Shown: piece by piece, positions 37,324-46,395 of the stretch
Numbering within the stretch: position 1 is the stretch's first letter
How the letters are laid out: every line of letters begins with the position of its first letter
The notes under the pieces: model-generated
The model's database searches: none
What the model was told of the DNA's origin: nothing
What the model saw: the letters and a program-made list of their open reading frames with translations, nothing else
NCBI GenBank assembly: GCA_964585225.1
Contig: CAZPCZ010000001.1
Span: 6,018 to 70,017, forward strand
Reading direction: 5' to 3'
Source: an uncultured Gammaproteobacteria bacterium
GTDB taxonomy: Bacteria > Patescibacteriota > Patescibacteriia > JACPHY01
DNA length: 64,000 bases
Made by a program: the position numbers and the translations under genes

Positions 37324-38519
37324 ACGGGCACTCGAGCCAGCACGCGCTCGTACACGGCCGCGACGCGCGTCGCGTGCACCGCGGGATCGAACATCCCGGT
37401 TGCCACGGTCGCCCGGCCGCCAGCGCGGAGCCGCGCAGCAAGCTCCGGGTCGCGGAGTACGCGCGCGAGCGCGGTGGCAAACGCTTCGGCATCACCAAAC
37501 GCGGCGAGGCGGCCATTCACCTCATCTTGTACAATCTCGGGAATCCCGCCGACCCGCGTCGCCACGACCGGTGTCCCGACTCCCATCGCCTCCACGATGA
37601 CGCGGCCGAAGGTCTCTGTCTCTGACGGTACCGCGAGGACGTCGCACCCGGCAATGATCGCGCGGGCGCGCTCGTGGTATCCCACAAAACGCACCGCGTC
37701 CGCGATCCCGATCGTCTGTACGCGTGTAGCGATCTGCGCGCGCAGTGGACCATCACCCACGAGCAGGAGCGCGACGTTTGGGATCCAATGTCGGAGGAGC
37801 GCAAACGCATCGAGGAGGAACGCGTGCCCCTTTCCGGATGTGAAGTGCGCGATGCACCCAATGACCGGCGCGCTCGCTGGGATCCCCCATGCCGCGCGCA
37901 CGTCCACCAGCGCCACCGGGTCGCACGCGACGGGATTCGGGATGACGGTGACGCGATCCGCGGCAACGACGCCGCTTGCGACCCACCAATCACGCGCGTA
38001 CGCCGAATTCGCGATCGCGTGCGTGATCCCATTCCGCAACCACGCCGCGAGTGCAGGCGGAATTGCTCCCGTACGTACCGATCGGAGGTGCGCGACGACC
38101 GGGATGCCGATCGCGCGCGCCGCGCGGATCGCGTACGCATCACGAACCGGATGGTTATTCGTGTGGAGGAGCGCGGCACCGTGCGCACGGAGGAGGCGCG
38201 TGAGTGCGCGAACTGCGGTCGCGTGTGCGATCGCCTCCGCGCGTAGTGCGAGCATCGGCGCGACGCGACGCGCGAGGGCGAGTGCTCGAACAGTTCCGCT
38301 CCGCACCACCGCAGACGAAGCGGTCGAGTAGACGGGGTCGCGGAAAAGCGCAACGGGAATACCGGCCGCACGCATCCGATCGAGCGCGGGAACGGCGTTC
38401 GCCGCGATGACAACCGGCGCGTACCGCGCGCGATCGAGGTGCATCACGAGTGAAGCGATGCTCTCGAAGGAGCCGCCTCCCGAACTCCCGTGGTCGAGGA
38501 AACAAATGGTGCTTGCCAT
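37320..38519 (-). CDS. Glycosyltransferase family 4
   Basis: ICFLDHGSSGGGSFE N-terminal motif. PSETETFGRVIVEAMGVGTPVV C-terminal motif. The N-terminus overlaps the upstream gene by about 76 nt. Confidence 0.8.
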   Translation of the reverse strand: MASTICFLDHGSSGGGSFESIASLVMHLDRARYAPVVIAANAVPALDRMRAAGIPVALFRDPVYSTASSAVVRSGTVRALALARRVAPMLALRAEAIAHATAVRALTRLLRAHGAALLHTNNHPVRDAYAIRAARAIGIPVVAHLRSVRTGAIPPALAAWLRNGITHAIANSAYARDWWVASGVVAADRVTVIPNPVACDPVALVDVRAAWGIPASAPVIGCIAHFTSGKGHAFLLDAFALLRHWIPNVALLLVGDGPLRAQIATRVQTIGIADAVRFVGYHERARAIIAGCDVLAVPSETETFGRVIVEAMGVGTPVVATRVGGIPEIVQDEVNGRLAAFGDAEAFATALARVLRDPELAARLRAGGRATVATGMFDPAVHATRVAAVYERVLARVPV

Positions 38520-39607
38520 GTGGCAAGGTTCACGAAGCGTTCACAAAACTCCGCGTGGCCCTCCGGTGAGCAGAGCGCGCGACGGTAGGCCTCTTGCGCG
38601 CGCGTGGCGACGCCGACCATCCGAACTGGATCGTGGAGCACCGTCGCGACGCGCTCATCGAGATCGGAAAAATCCCACGCGAACGGAATGTACGTCTCCT
38701 CGGGAATCCAGAGGTTCGGCCACGTCTCGACGTGCGCCATGTCCTGCTTCAATGTCGCCGCACCGCAGATGATCGCTTCGAAATCCCGAAGGGTGATCTC
38801 GCCGAGCCCGAAGGGCGACACGACTGCCCGCGCACGCTGCATTTCCGAAAAAAACTCGCGTCGTGACACCTTGTCCGTTCGCAGGTACCACGCGAGCCGT
38901 TTGGACAATTCGCTCCGCGAGTGCGCGACGGATCGCCGGTGATGATGGGTCCCGATACGACAGCTGAGGAATATGCTCCTTGGAGTTCCCGGGGATGTCC
39001 ACTCGTGCGGGTACCACCGAGGAACCGCGCCGCCAGCATGGTACCAGAACCGATGGAGCTGCGGCCCGAACAATCCGTAGTGCGCGAGTCCCGAATGCCA
39101 ACTCGCAGTGACCTTCTCCAGATCCGCAATCGATGGAATGAGGTTGAGATGCTCCTCATCCGGGGTCTCGCGGACGTCGAACGATCGCGCGTAGTAATCG
39201 GTGAACACCCGAGCACCGATGTACTGCTGCCGATAACGCATTCGATCACGGAGCACTTGGCCTTTACAGTACCGATCGACGTACGGGAGGACGGCGAACT
39301 GCGCCGTACCCGTGCTATCGGTGATGTCGAACCAGATGATCCTCGACACGCGGCTCCGGATACATCCGAGGAACGACGTCACGGACGACGTCCCACGCTC
39401 GCTCCACCAGGACATGAAGAACCGACTACTCACGCAGAGCACGTCCCAATCCCTCCCCGCGACCGCTGCATCCGTCGTAAAGGTCAACGCAACGCCGCGC
39501 TCCCGCAGCCCGCGCGCATGATAGTGGAGCGGAAACAAAAATGCCGCACCGTTCTGACTGTACATTCGCTCGTGGAGTACGCAAACGCGTCGCATAATTG
39601 CCGCCAT
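38444..39607 (-). CDS. Putative glycosyltransferase, CgeB-like (DUF3880 + Glyco_trans_1_2-like C-terminus)
   Basis: 387 aa. The C-terminal block VVSPFGLGEITLRDFEAIICGAATLK...ATRAQEAY resembles the Glyco_trans_1_2 family. Assignment is tentative. Confidence 0.45.
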   Translation of the reverse strand: MAAIMRRVCVLHERMYSQNGAAFLFPLHYHARGLRERGVALTFTTDAAVAGRDWDVLCVSSRFFMSWWSERGTSSVTSFLGCIRSRVSRIIWFDITDSTGTAQFAVLPYVDRYCKGQVLRDRMRYRQQYIGARVFTDYYARSFDVRETPDEEHLNLIPSIADLEKVTASWHSGLAHYGLFGPQLHRFWYHAGGAVPRWYPHEWTSPGTPRSIFLSCRIGTHHHRRSVAHSRSELSKRLAWYLRTDKVSRREFFSEMQRARAVVSPFGLGEITLRDFEAIICGAATLKQDMAHVETWPNLWIPEETYIPFAWDFSDLDERVATVLHDPVRMVGVATRAQEAYRRALCSPEGHAEFCERFVNLATWQAPFVSSTTGVREAAPSRASLHS

Positions 39608-39610
39608 GGA

Positions 39611-41230
39611 CTACCCCAACGAGGCGAGCGACTGGCCATGCACCCGCTCGAGGACCTCTCGCGCAATACATGAACTCGGATTGCGATGATCGCGAGCGAA
39701 ACGGATGTACTCGCGGTACGGGTACATCGCGTAGAAGTACGCGTACTTCTGCCAGTACATGAGGTACTGGCGTCGAAAGGCGTCTCCGGTACTCCCGAAA
39801 GGACGGAGTGCCTCGCTGAGGAGGTGCACCGTCCATGGCGGCGTGTACCGGCGGAATGGTGTTTGGAACACGCCGGACGGATCGTGCGTGCGCAGATACT
39901 CGAGGTAGAGCGATTGCCGAAACTTCGCATCAAATAGCACACGCGACCAGAAGGCGAGGTACGCATCGTCCCACAGTGGCAGCTCCCACGGGAGTCCGAA
40001 GAAATCGTACACTCGCTGTCCGGGGATCACAAGCTCGCACTGTCGCGCGCGCCACTCCCACTCCTCGTACCGTTTCATGGCTTCCTCGCGCTCCATACGC
40101 TCGGGAATTGCTTCCACGAAGGAACGCCGTACGCGCTCGCGCATCTCCGCATCGTGTTCCGGTGTCCGGAGTTGTGTCCAGAGCGAGTGGTGCTTCGCGA
40201 GGATCGCGTCGAGCCACATGCGGCGATCGATGAACGCACCCGCGAGCGAGGTCGGGACGTGCCCCCCGCTGATGAAGTCGCCGGTCTGCCCATTGATGAC
40301 CACCGTATCACGTGGGAGCGCGTGCCGACGCGCGAGATCGCAGAATGCATAGAAATCCGTCATCGTCGGGCTGACCGAGAGTTGGTGCACGAACGAGTAG
40401 TATCGTTCGCGCTCGTCGGTGCGGTACATCGCTCGTCCGAACGCACGCGTGTACGGCACGAACGTCCATGGCACGCCGAGGCGTTCCGCAATAACCCGCG
40501 CAGCAGCCGCTTCACAATTCCCCGGGATGCCGTACGAGAATGCGCGGATCGCATCGTACCCGAGGTGCTTCAGCGTGGTAATGACGAGCCGAGAATCGTA
40601 CCCACCGCTCAATGGGATGAGGGCCGTTCGACCATCGAGGCGCCCGATGAGCCGCCGGAAGATGCCCTCGGTCACCGCGTGGAGTTCCTCGATGGCGTCG
40701 CGAGGGGATGCGGTGGAGCTCACTGGATCATAGAAGCGGTAGTACTCGTGGACATGGGTGCGACCGACGCGATCGCGAACGAGGAACTCACCACCACGGA
40801 GCTGACGGATGCCTTCGAACAACGTCTCGCCATTGGTCACGTACCCCGCCATCGCGAACTCGAGGAACGCACCGGCGTTGTGCACGTCTTGGTCCATTCG
40901 CAGCGCCTGCGCATCCCCTGAAATACGAAGATCGTCGCGATCGATCCGATAGGAGAGCGGGTAGCTCTTGATCTTGTCCACGCTCGCGAGGGCACCACCG
41001 CCCCGGTCCTCCACGATGAGCGCGAAGTTCCCGTGGAGCGCGCGGAGTGCGTCGCGCAGCTCTGCGGCGTCACGGAGCAACCCATCGGAGAGCACGGCCG
41101 CGCACAGGACTTCGATCGGATCACCAGCGACGCCGTGGAGGTTCCCGATGAGTCGAATACGAACACCATCCCGCTCCACCATGCGGAGCGGGAACGCGGT
41201 CGGGAACGAGAGGACTGCGACGGGAACCAT
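39611..41230 (-). CDS. Asparagine-synthetase-like amidotransferase/adenylating enzyme lacking the N-terminal Cys nucleophile
   Basis: SGGYDSRLV PP-loop and AsnB C-domain are present. The N-terminus is MVPVAV..., not MCG, and there is no upstream in-frame extension because the neighbouring stop is at 41237. Confidence 0.75.
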   Translation of the reverse strand: MVPVAVLSFPTAFPLRMVERDGVRIRLIGNLHGVAGDPIEVLCAAVLSDGLLRDAAELRDALRALHGNFALIVEDRGGGALASVDKIKSYPLSYRIDRDDLRISGDAQALRMDQDVHNAGAFLEFAMAGYVTNGETLFEGIRQLRGGEFLVRDRVGRTHVHEYYRFYDPVSSTASPRDAIEELHAVTEGIFRRLIGRLDGRTALIPLSGGYDSRLVITTLKHLGYDAIRAFSYGIPGNCEAAAARVIAERLGVPWTFVPYTRAFGRAMYRTDERERYYSFVHQLSVSPTMTDFYAFCDLARRHALPRDTVVINGQTGDFISGGHVPTSLAGAFIDRRMWLDAILAKHHSLWTQLRTPEHDAEMRERVRRSFVEAIPERMEREEAMKRYEEWEWRARQCELVIPGQRVYDFFGLPWELPLWDDAYLAFWSRVLFDAKFRQSLYLEYLRTHDPSGVFQTPFRRYTPPWTVHLLSEALRPFGSTGDAFRRQYLMYWQKYAYFYAMYPYREYIRFARDHRNPSSCIAREVLERVHGQSLASLG

Positions 41231-41236
41231 ACACGT

Positions 41237-42631
41237 TCATGGTGCGATTGCGGTGTTCCGTCGAAACCGATAGCGTTCCCAGAGGTACGCTACTCCGTAC
41301 CCGCCGAGGACGTAGAAGATCGGGAAGATCATGGTCCGATACCGCGCCTGTGCCGCTGCGCCGGACACCGCAACGGTGTACGCGATGGTGAGGAGGAAGA
41401 GCGCGAGGATCCACCGGAATTCCCGACGGCGGATGAAGACCACCGCAGCAACGGCTGCAGCACCGTACAAGAGCAGGAGGTGGAGTTTCGCGAGTGCGTA
41501 GATGCCGATGTAGCCCAACCGCCCCTCAGACCACAGGCGCGGCAGCAGCGCACGGTTCCCATGGCTTTCCTGGACTGCCGCCTGGAGTGCGTCCGCCGTT
41601 GCGCGACTGAATAGTACGTACGGCGGGAAGGTCCCGAAGAAGAACCCCGGCATAGCGCGGAGCGTGACGATCGCGAAGTCAATCGGGGAACCGAGGATCA
41701 CTCGGGCCACCGCTCGTCCACCCTCCCGCTCCACCGCCACTTCACCACGTGCGATGAGTTCTGGCGGAAAGTACCGCTCCGCGAGTTGTGCCCGCGCTGC
41801 GGGCCGTGAGATACCCTGCTGGTGCATGAGGAGGTAGGCGGCGTTCTGCTGCAGCGTCGTCGCTCCGCTCGCGAACACGCTGCCGCCGACTGCGATGGCA
41901 TTCCGTACTTTCCATCCCCCGAAGAACACCACGATGACGAGCGCGAACACTCCGAACATGCGCACCTTCGCCGCAGGAGACAACTTGACGGATCTCCAAA
42001 GGAAGGCCGCGAGGAACACCGCGAGCGGTACCCAGAGCAGGAATGGCGCGATCTTCGTCATCATCGCACATCCAAGGAAGACCGTACCCAAGAAGAGGTG
42101 GCGATCCGCCGCTCCCCCTCGGAGGAACCGCACGAAGAACAGGAGCCACAGCGACATAAACAATCCGAGGAGCGTATCGGGAATGTTGTAGTGGTTCGCA
42201 AAGTAGAATGCGGTACCATCGAGCGCAGCGAACAGCGCGGCAGCATTCGCTGCACGCGCACTGAAGAGCGCCCCAATGCGCCAACTCACCACGATGACCC
42301 CAATGTTCGCCAGCATGAGCAGGATGCGCATCGGCTCATGCGCGGCGCTCCCAATTCCGAACACCCGGTAGCTCGCCGCGTAGAGCAACGGGTACAGTGG
42401 TGGTTGCGTTCCGGTGGGAAGGAGGCGTCCCGCCGCATCGCGCGCACCGACCGAGTACACGCCCTCGCGGACGAGGTGTTCCGCGATGCTCGAGTACTGC
42501 GTGTCCTCACTATCCGCGATGGCAGGGAAGTTCCGGAGGATGTGCGCGTACGCCACACCGTGGACCACGACGACGGCGCCAATGAGGAGGATGATGAATC
42601 GGTTGCGACGGTACGCAGCGCGGATACTCAT
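41237..42631 (-). CDS. GT-C membrane glycosyltransferase (ArnT/PMT-like), paralog of 24132..25556
   Basis: 464 aa. Shared motifs LLWVPL, FFGGWKVRN, FGTFPPY, LLPRLWSEGR. Confidence 0.75.
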   Translation of the reverse strand: MSIRAAYRRNRFIILLIGAVVVVHGVAYAHILRNFPAIADSEDTQYSSIAEHLVREGVYSVGARDAAGRLLPTGTQPPLYPLLYAASYRVFGIGSAAHEPMRILLMLANIGVIVVSWRIGALFSARAANAAALFAALDGTAFYFANHYNIPDTLLGLFMSLWLLFFVRFLRGGAADRHLFLGTVFLGCAMMTKIAPFLLWVPLAVFLAAFLWRSVKLSPAAKVRMFGVFALVIVVFFGGWKVRNAIAVGGSVFASGATTLQQNAAYLLMHQQGISRPAARAQLAERYFPPELIARGEVAVEREGGRAVARVILGSPIDFAIVTLRAMPGFFFGTFPPYVLFSRATADALQAAVQESHGNRALLPRLWSEGRLGYIGIYALAKLHLLLLYGAAAVAAVVFIRRREFRWILALFLLTIAYTVAVSGAAAQARYRTMIFPIFYVLGGYGVAYLWERYRFRRNTAIAP

Positions 42632-42655
42632 ACAACCCGTGCATGTCGAGTGCGC

Positions 42656-43825
42656 TCACGCGTGCGCTCGTGCGCGTACCGCCTCGACGGGCGCTGCGGC
42701 GAGGTCCTGACCGGCCATGTACCGGAACGCGAGTGGCCGCAGGTATTCCTCGTTGCCGCGGTACCACGCGATGGACCGGTCCATCCCCTCCTCGAACCGA
42801 ACGCGCGGTCGAAATCCGAGCGCACGGAGTTTTGAGGAATCGAGGAATTGATCCGGAATCTCGATGAAATTCGCGGGCTTCGCGCGGGTGACGGGTGCAA
42901 TATCGCGCACGTTCCGACGGAGGAGGTCAATGATGGAGACCACGCTCCGAATGCTCTCGCACCGCGAGAGGGTGCGGAGCTCCTCAGGGATGTAGTTCCC
43001 GACGCTGAACGCCGGCCATCCGTACGTCGCGCGACCCGTCGCCGGCATGTGCGCATGCTCCGTCCCGTAGTACGCCGCAATGCGCTCCATGAGGAGGAGG
43101 TACGCGGCCACGATGTCGGACACATACATGAACTCCCGGAGCACGCGCTCGTTCCCGAGGTTGATGATTGGCGCTTGCCCCGCCAGCAGGCACATGATCG
43201 TCTTCGGGATGAGCCGAGAGAAGTTGAGGTCGCCCGGACCGTAGATGTTGCACGCGCGCGCGACGAGCACCGGCACCTTGAACTGGTACGCGTACGTCTG
43301 CGCGAGCATGTCCCCGCACACCTTCGAGGCGGAGTACACATCGAGCCCGCGGAGTGCGTAGTCCTCGCGGTACGGGAGCCCCTCACGCGTGTCGTCCGCG
43401 TGGTCTCCGTACGACTTATCTGATGAGACGACGAGCACGCGCGGAACTTTGTTGATGCGCGCGACTTCGAGGATGTTCAGCGTCCCCATGACGTTGTTCT
43501 CGATGGTGGATACCGGCGAGTTCGCCGCATCGCTCACGATCGCAGATGCGGCGAGGTGGAAGATCGTGTCGATCTGGTGACGGTCGCACACGCGGCGGAG
43601 CGTATCGAAGTGGAGGAGATCACACATCTCCACGTCCGGGGACGGGAGCCCTGCGTCTGCAGCGGTCCGAATGAGGTCAAGCGTCCGCACCGGCCGTTGG
43701 TGCCGAACGGTCACGACGACCACCGCACCGCGCTGCTGGAGCGCCGTCACGAGGTGGGACGCAACGAATCCATCACCGCCAGTCACGAGGACGCGCTTAC
43801 CAAACCAGGGGGAGGAATCATGCAT
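42656..43825 (-). CDS. NAD(P)-dependent sugar dehydratase/epimerase (extended SDR, CDP/NDP-hexose 4,6-dehydratase-like)
   Basis: FGKRVLVTGGDGFVASHL. YSASK catalytic dyad region. 389 aa. Confidence 0.75.
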   Translation of the reverse strand: MHDSSPWFGKRVLVTGGDGFVASHLVTALQQRGAVVVVTVRHQRPVRTLDLIRTAADAGLPSPDVEMCDLLHFDTLRRVCDRHQIDTIFHLAASAIVSDAANSPVSTIENNVMGTLNILEVARINKVPRVLVVSSDKSYGDHADDTREGLPYREDYALRGLDVYSASKVCGDMLAQTYAYQFKVPVLVARACNIYGPGDLNFSRLIPKTIMCLLAGQAPIINLGNERVLREFMYVSDIVAAYLLLMERIAAYYGTEHAHMPATGRATYGWPAFSVGNYIPEELRTLSRCESIRSVVSIIDLLRRNVRDIAPVTRAKPANFIEIPDQFLDSSKLRALGFRPRVRFEEGMDRSIAWYRGNEEYLRPLAFRYMAGQDLAAAPVEAVRARAHA

Positions 43826-43841
43826 AGATTCATGAACGAAA

Positions 43842-44537
43842 CTAGTTGTACTTCACCATGGCCCAGAGGAACTCGATGCCGTCCTTCACGCCGATTTTCT
43901 TCCCGTCCGCGTAGCTCCGTCCGACATACGAGATACCAACTTCGTAAAGCCGCAGTCGCTCTTTCGCGACCCGTGCGGTGATGTCGACTTCGATATCGAA
44001 CCGCTCGGCAGAAAGGCGTGGGAGAATCCGCGCCATCGCATCCCTCGTGAACGCCTTGTAGCACGTCGCGACGTCGGTGAGCGCGAGGTTCGTCGTCACG
44101 TTTGCTGCCAGCGTGATGATGCGATTCACAAACGAGTGCCAGAACCGCACGACCGGCCGCGGGCGGTTCCCGAGGTACCGCGATCCGTACACGACATCCG
44201 CCTTCCCCGCAACGAGCGGCGCAAGGAGGAGCGGATAGTCATGCGGGTCGTACTCGAGGTCCGCGTCCTGGACGACGAGGTAGTCGCCGGTCGCAGCCGC
44301 GAAGCCCGTCCGGAGCGCGGCGCCCTTCCCGCGATTCCGCTCGTGGAGGATCACGCGGAGGTCTGATCCCGTCATGGACTGGAGCACCTCGCGCGTCCCA
44401 TCAGTCGAGCAGTCATCCACCACGATCATCTCCTTCCCGATACCCCCGAGGTCCACGGACCGCACGAGGTCGATGATCGAACGGATCGTCTTCGTCTCAT
44501 TGTACACCGGAATGATAACGGAGAGCGTGGTGGGCAT
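43842..44537 (-). CDS. GT2 polyprenol-phosphate glycosyltransferase (DPM1/GtrB-like)
   Basis: LSVIIPVYNE, VVDDCSTDGT, QDADLEY (DxD). 231 aa. Second GT2 + GT-C pair, with 41237..42631. Confidence 0.85.
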   Translation of the reverse strand: MPTTLSVIIPVYNETKTIRSIIDLVRSVDLGGIGKEMIVVDDCSTDGTREVLQSMTGSDLRVILHERNRGKGAALRTGFAAATGDYLVVQDADLEYDPHDYPLLLAPLVAGKADVVYGSRYLGNRPRPVVRFWHSFVNRIITLAANVTTNLALTDVATCYKAFTRDAMARILPRLSAERFDIEVDITARVAKERLRLYEVGISYVGRSYADGKKIGVKDGIEFLWAMVKYN

Positions 44538-44561
44538 GTGCCCGCAGCGTAGCGTACGATC

Positions 44562-45383
44562 CTACCGCGCTGCAACCCCCGGGAAGTACTGCCCACAGAG
44601 CGCGATGTACTCGTGTGCCGGCACCACGAAGTAGTGCTCAGCGTACCGCGGTTCCTTCGTCCGGAGGGAACGACTGTTGAATGCGTTGAGACCGTGAATG
44701 TAGTGGACCCAGTCGCGGTGCGCCATCTCACTCTCCCACATGCGAACGAGCTGGAGCTTCTCCTCCATGACGTCCGTCACGTCCATGACGACGTTCAGGA
44801 GCACAGTCGAGTACACCTGGTACGCCCAGACCTCAGCGTCCGGTGCGGGCGCATCGTGGAAGGCGGACGCGAAGAGCTCGGCGACACGCCGGTGATCCGG
44901 GTGATCATCCGCGAGGAACGGAAGGAAGATCGCGCCGGGCCGCTGCACCGCGATGGTGTGGCGCATGCGCTCGACGCTCTCCGTCCCGATGGGGATGCTG
45001 CGCGTCGGGTAGTGCCAGAACTCGACCGTCGCACCGAGCGCGGTAGCGACTCGGCGCGCTTCCCCCTCTCGGATATCGCCTCCCAATCCATCGCGTTCCC
45101 CAGACGTCACGTAGACCACGTGCACGGTCGCTCCGTTGCGCCGCGCGTGGAGGAGCGCGCCGCCGCAGCCGAACGTATCATCATCCGGGTGCGGCGAGAA
45201 AACGAGGGTGCGCTCCGCCGTGGGGCCGCCGCGCACGAGGGGCGTACGCTGCCCCGAGAACCGCTGCGTCGAGAGGACGCTGCTGAGCGCATCGAGGTCG
45301 CGAATGCGCGTCCAGTCCTCCAGGAGGAATTGGTACGCGGCGCGAGAAGCACGCTGGGAGAAGAGGCGATGAAAGATTGACAC
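44562..45383 (-). CDS. PIG-L/LmbE-family N-acetylglucosaminyl deacetylase
   Basis: LVFSPHPDDDTFGCGG signature. Start assigned to GTG at 45383, 1 nt after the upstream TAG. The ORF-track extension to 45527 would overlap the upstream gene by 143 nt. Confidence 0.7.
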   Translation of the reverse strand: MSIFHRLFSQRASRAAYQFLLEDWTRIRDLDALSSVLSTQRFSGQRTPLVRGGPTAERTLVFSPHPDDDTFGCGGALLHARRNGATVHVVYVTSGERDGLGGDIREGEARRVATALGATVEFWHYPTRSIPIGTESVERMRHTIAVQRPGAIFLPFLADDHPDHRRVAELFASAFHDAPAPDAEVWAYQVYSTVLLNVVMDVTDVMEEKLQLVRMWESEMAHRDWVHYIHGLNAFNSRSLRTKEPRYAEHYFVVPAHEYIALCGQYFPGVAAR

Positions 45384-45384
45384 A

Positions 45385-46395
45385 CTACGTATCGAGCCGA
45401 TCGCCAGGACGCATGCGGAGCGACCGGACCATGCGCCTAGCAGGAATAATACGACCTCGAGATACGCACGCGATGATGCGGAATGCACCGTCACCGCACG
45501 CAACGACGGGACACCCCGCATCATCAATGGTGAGCACGGTCCCGGGCGCCACGGGATGTCGCGCTACGGATACCGCTTCGCCATCCCACACGATGAGGGC
45601 ATGGCCACGACACGAAGTGATGCCGCCGCTCTTCGGACGAATCGCGTAGCAGGTGCGACGAATGCTCGCTCCTGTGTCGGTCCACGCGATGTGCTGGTGC
45701 GCACCGTGGTAAGGCGGATCGTATGTTGACGCATGCTCTTCCTGCGGGATCCCGCGCAGCACACCGACACGCGCCGCAGCGAGTACACGATCTGCCGTCG
45801 CAATGACCGCGCGGATGACCTGAATCTCCACATCGCCCCACGTTGCGTCTGCTGCAACTGTAACGCGCTCTCGCGTCAGGATATCTCCTGCATCGAACGC
45901 CGCGGTGACGAGGTGCGCGGTCACGCCGGTTTCCCGTTCTCCCAGCCGCACGACCCAGCGATTAGGCGTGCCGCCGCGATGTTTTGGGAGGAGCGCCGGA
46001 TGGAGATTCACCATCCCGCGTACCGGTACTGCGATTACCGATGATGGAATCTTGCGATGGAACCCAGCAACGAACACGAGATCGGGCGCGCACGCGCGCA
46101 GCGTGCCTGCGCACGTTGGCATTCGGATGGTGTCCGCAGCGAGCACCGGAATATCGTGGGCACGCGCAATCGTCGCAGGTGAATCGTAGGCGTCGAATGG
46201 ATCGCTGCATGCCAGCGCACGGCCCCACCATGCGGCGCGGAGACGCTGCGCCACGCGGATCATCACCGGAGTGACGGAGTCGAATCGCGTCACCACTGCA
46301 CAAATCTTCTCCCCACGAGCAAGGAGATGCGTCAAGAGTGCAGATGCATATCCGCGATTCCCGAATACCGCGATGCGAAATGGTGCGGTGGTCAT
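45385..46395 (-). CDS. Formyltransferase (Fmt/ArnA-N-like), candidate sugar N-formyltransferase
   Basis: N-domain ...VNLHPALLPKHRGGTPNRWVV plus a C-terminal Fmt-like domain. Start MTTAPFRIAVFG has an ATGA overlap. Confidence 0.75.
   Translation of the reverse strand: MTTAPFRIAVFGNRGYASALLTHLLARGEKICAVVTRFDSVTPVMIRVAQRLRAAWWGRALACSDPFDAYDSPATIARAHDIPVLAADTIRMPTCAGTLRACAPDLVFVAGFHRKIPSSVIAVPVRGMVNLHPALLPKHRGGTPNRWVVRLGERETGVTAHLVTAAFDAGDILTRERVTVAADATWGDVEIQVIRAVIATADRVLAAARVGVLRGIPQEEHASTYDPPYHGAHQHIAWTDTGASIRRTCYAIRPKSGGITSCRGHALIVWDGEAVSVARHPVAPGTVLTIDDAGCPVVACGDGAFRIIACVSRGRIIPARRMVRSLRMRPGDRLDT

Noticed and set aside
36499-38331. Plus-strand 610-aa ORF, together with 37517..38413 (-) and 36884..37516 (-)
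   Set aside because: Overlap the FkbM and GT4 genes in other frames. R/A/S-rich low-complexity sequence.
41822-43423. Plus-strand ORFs 41822..42835 and 42848..43423, and minus ORF 42628..43386
   Set aside because: Off-frame shadows over the GT-C and SDR dehydratase genes. No motifs.
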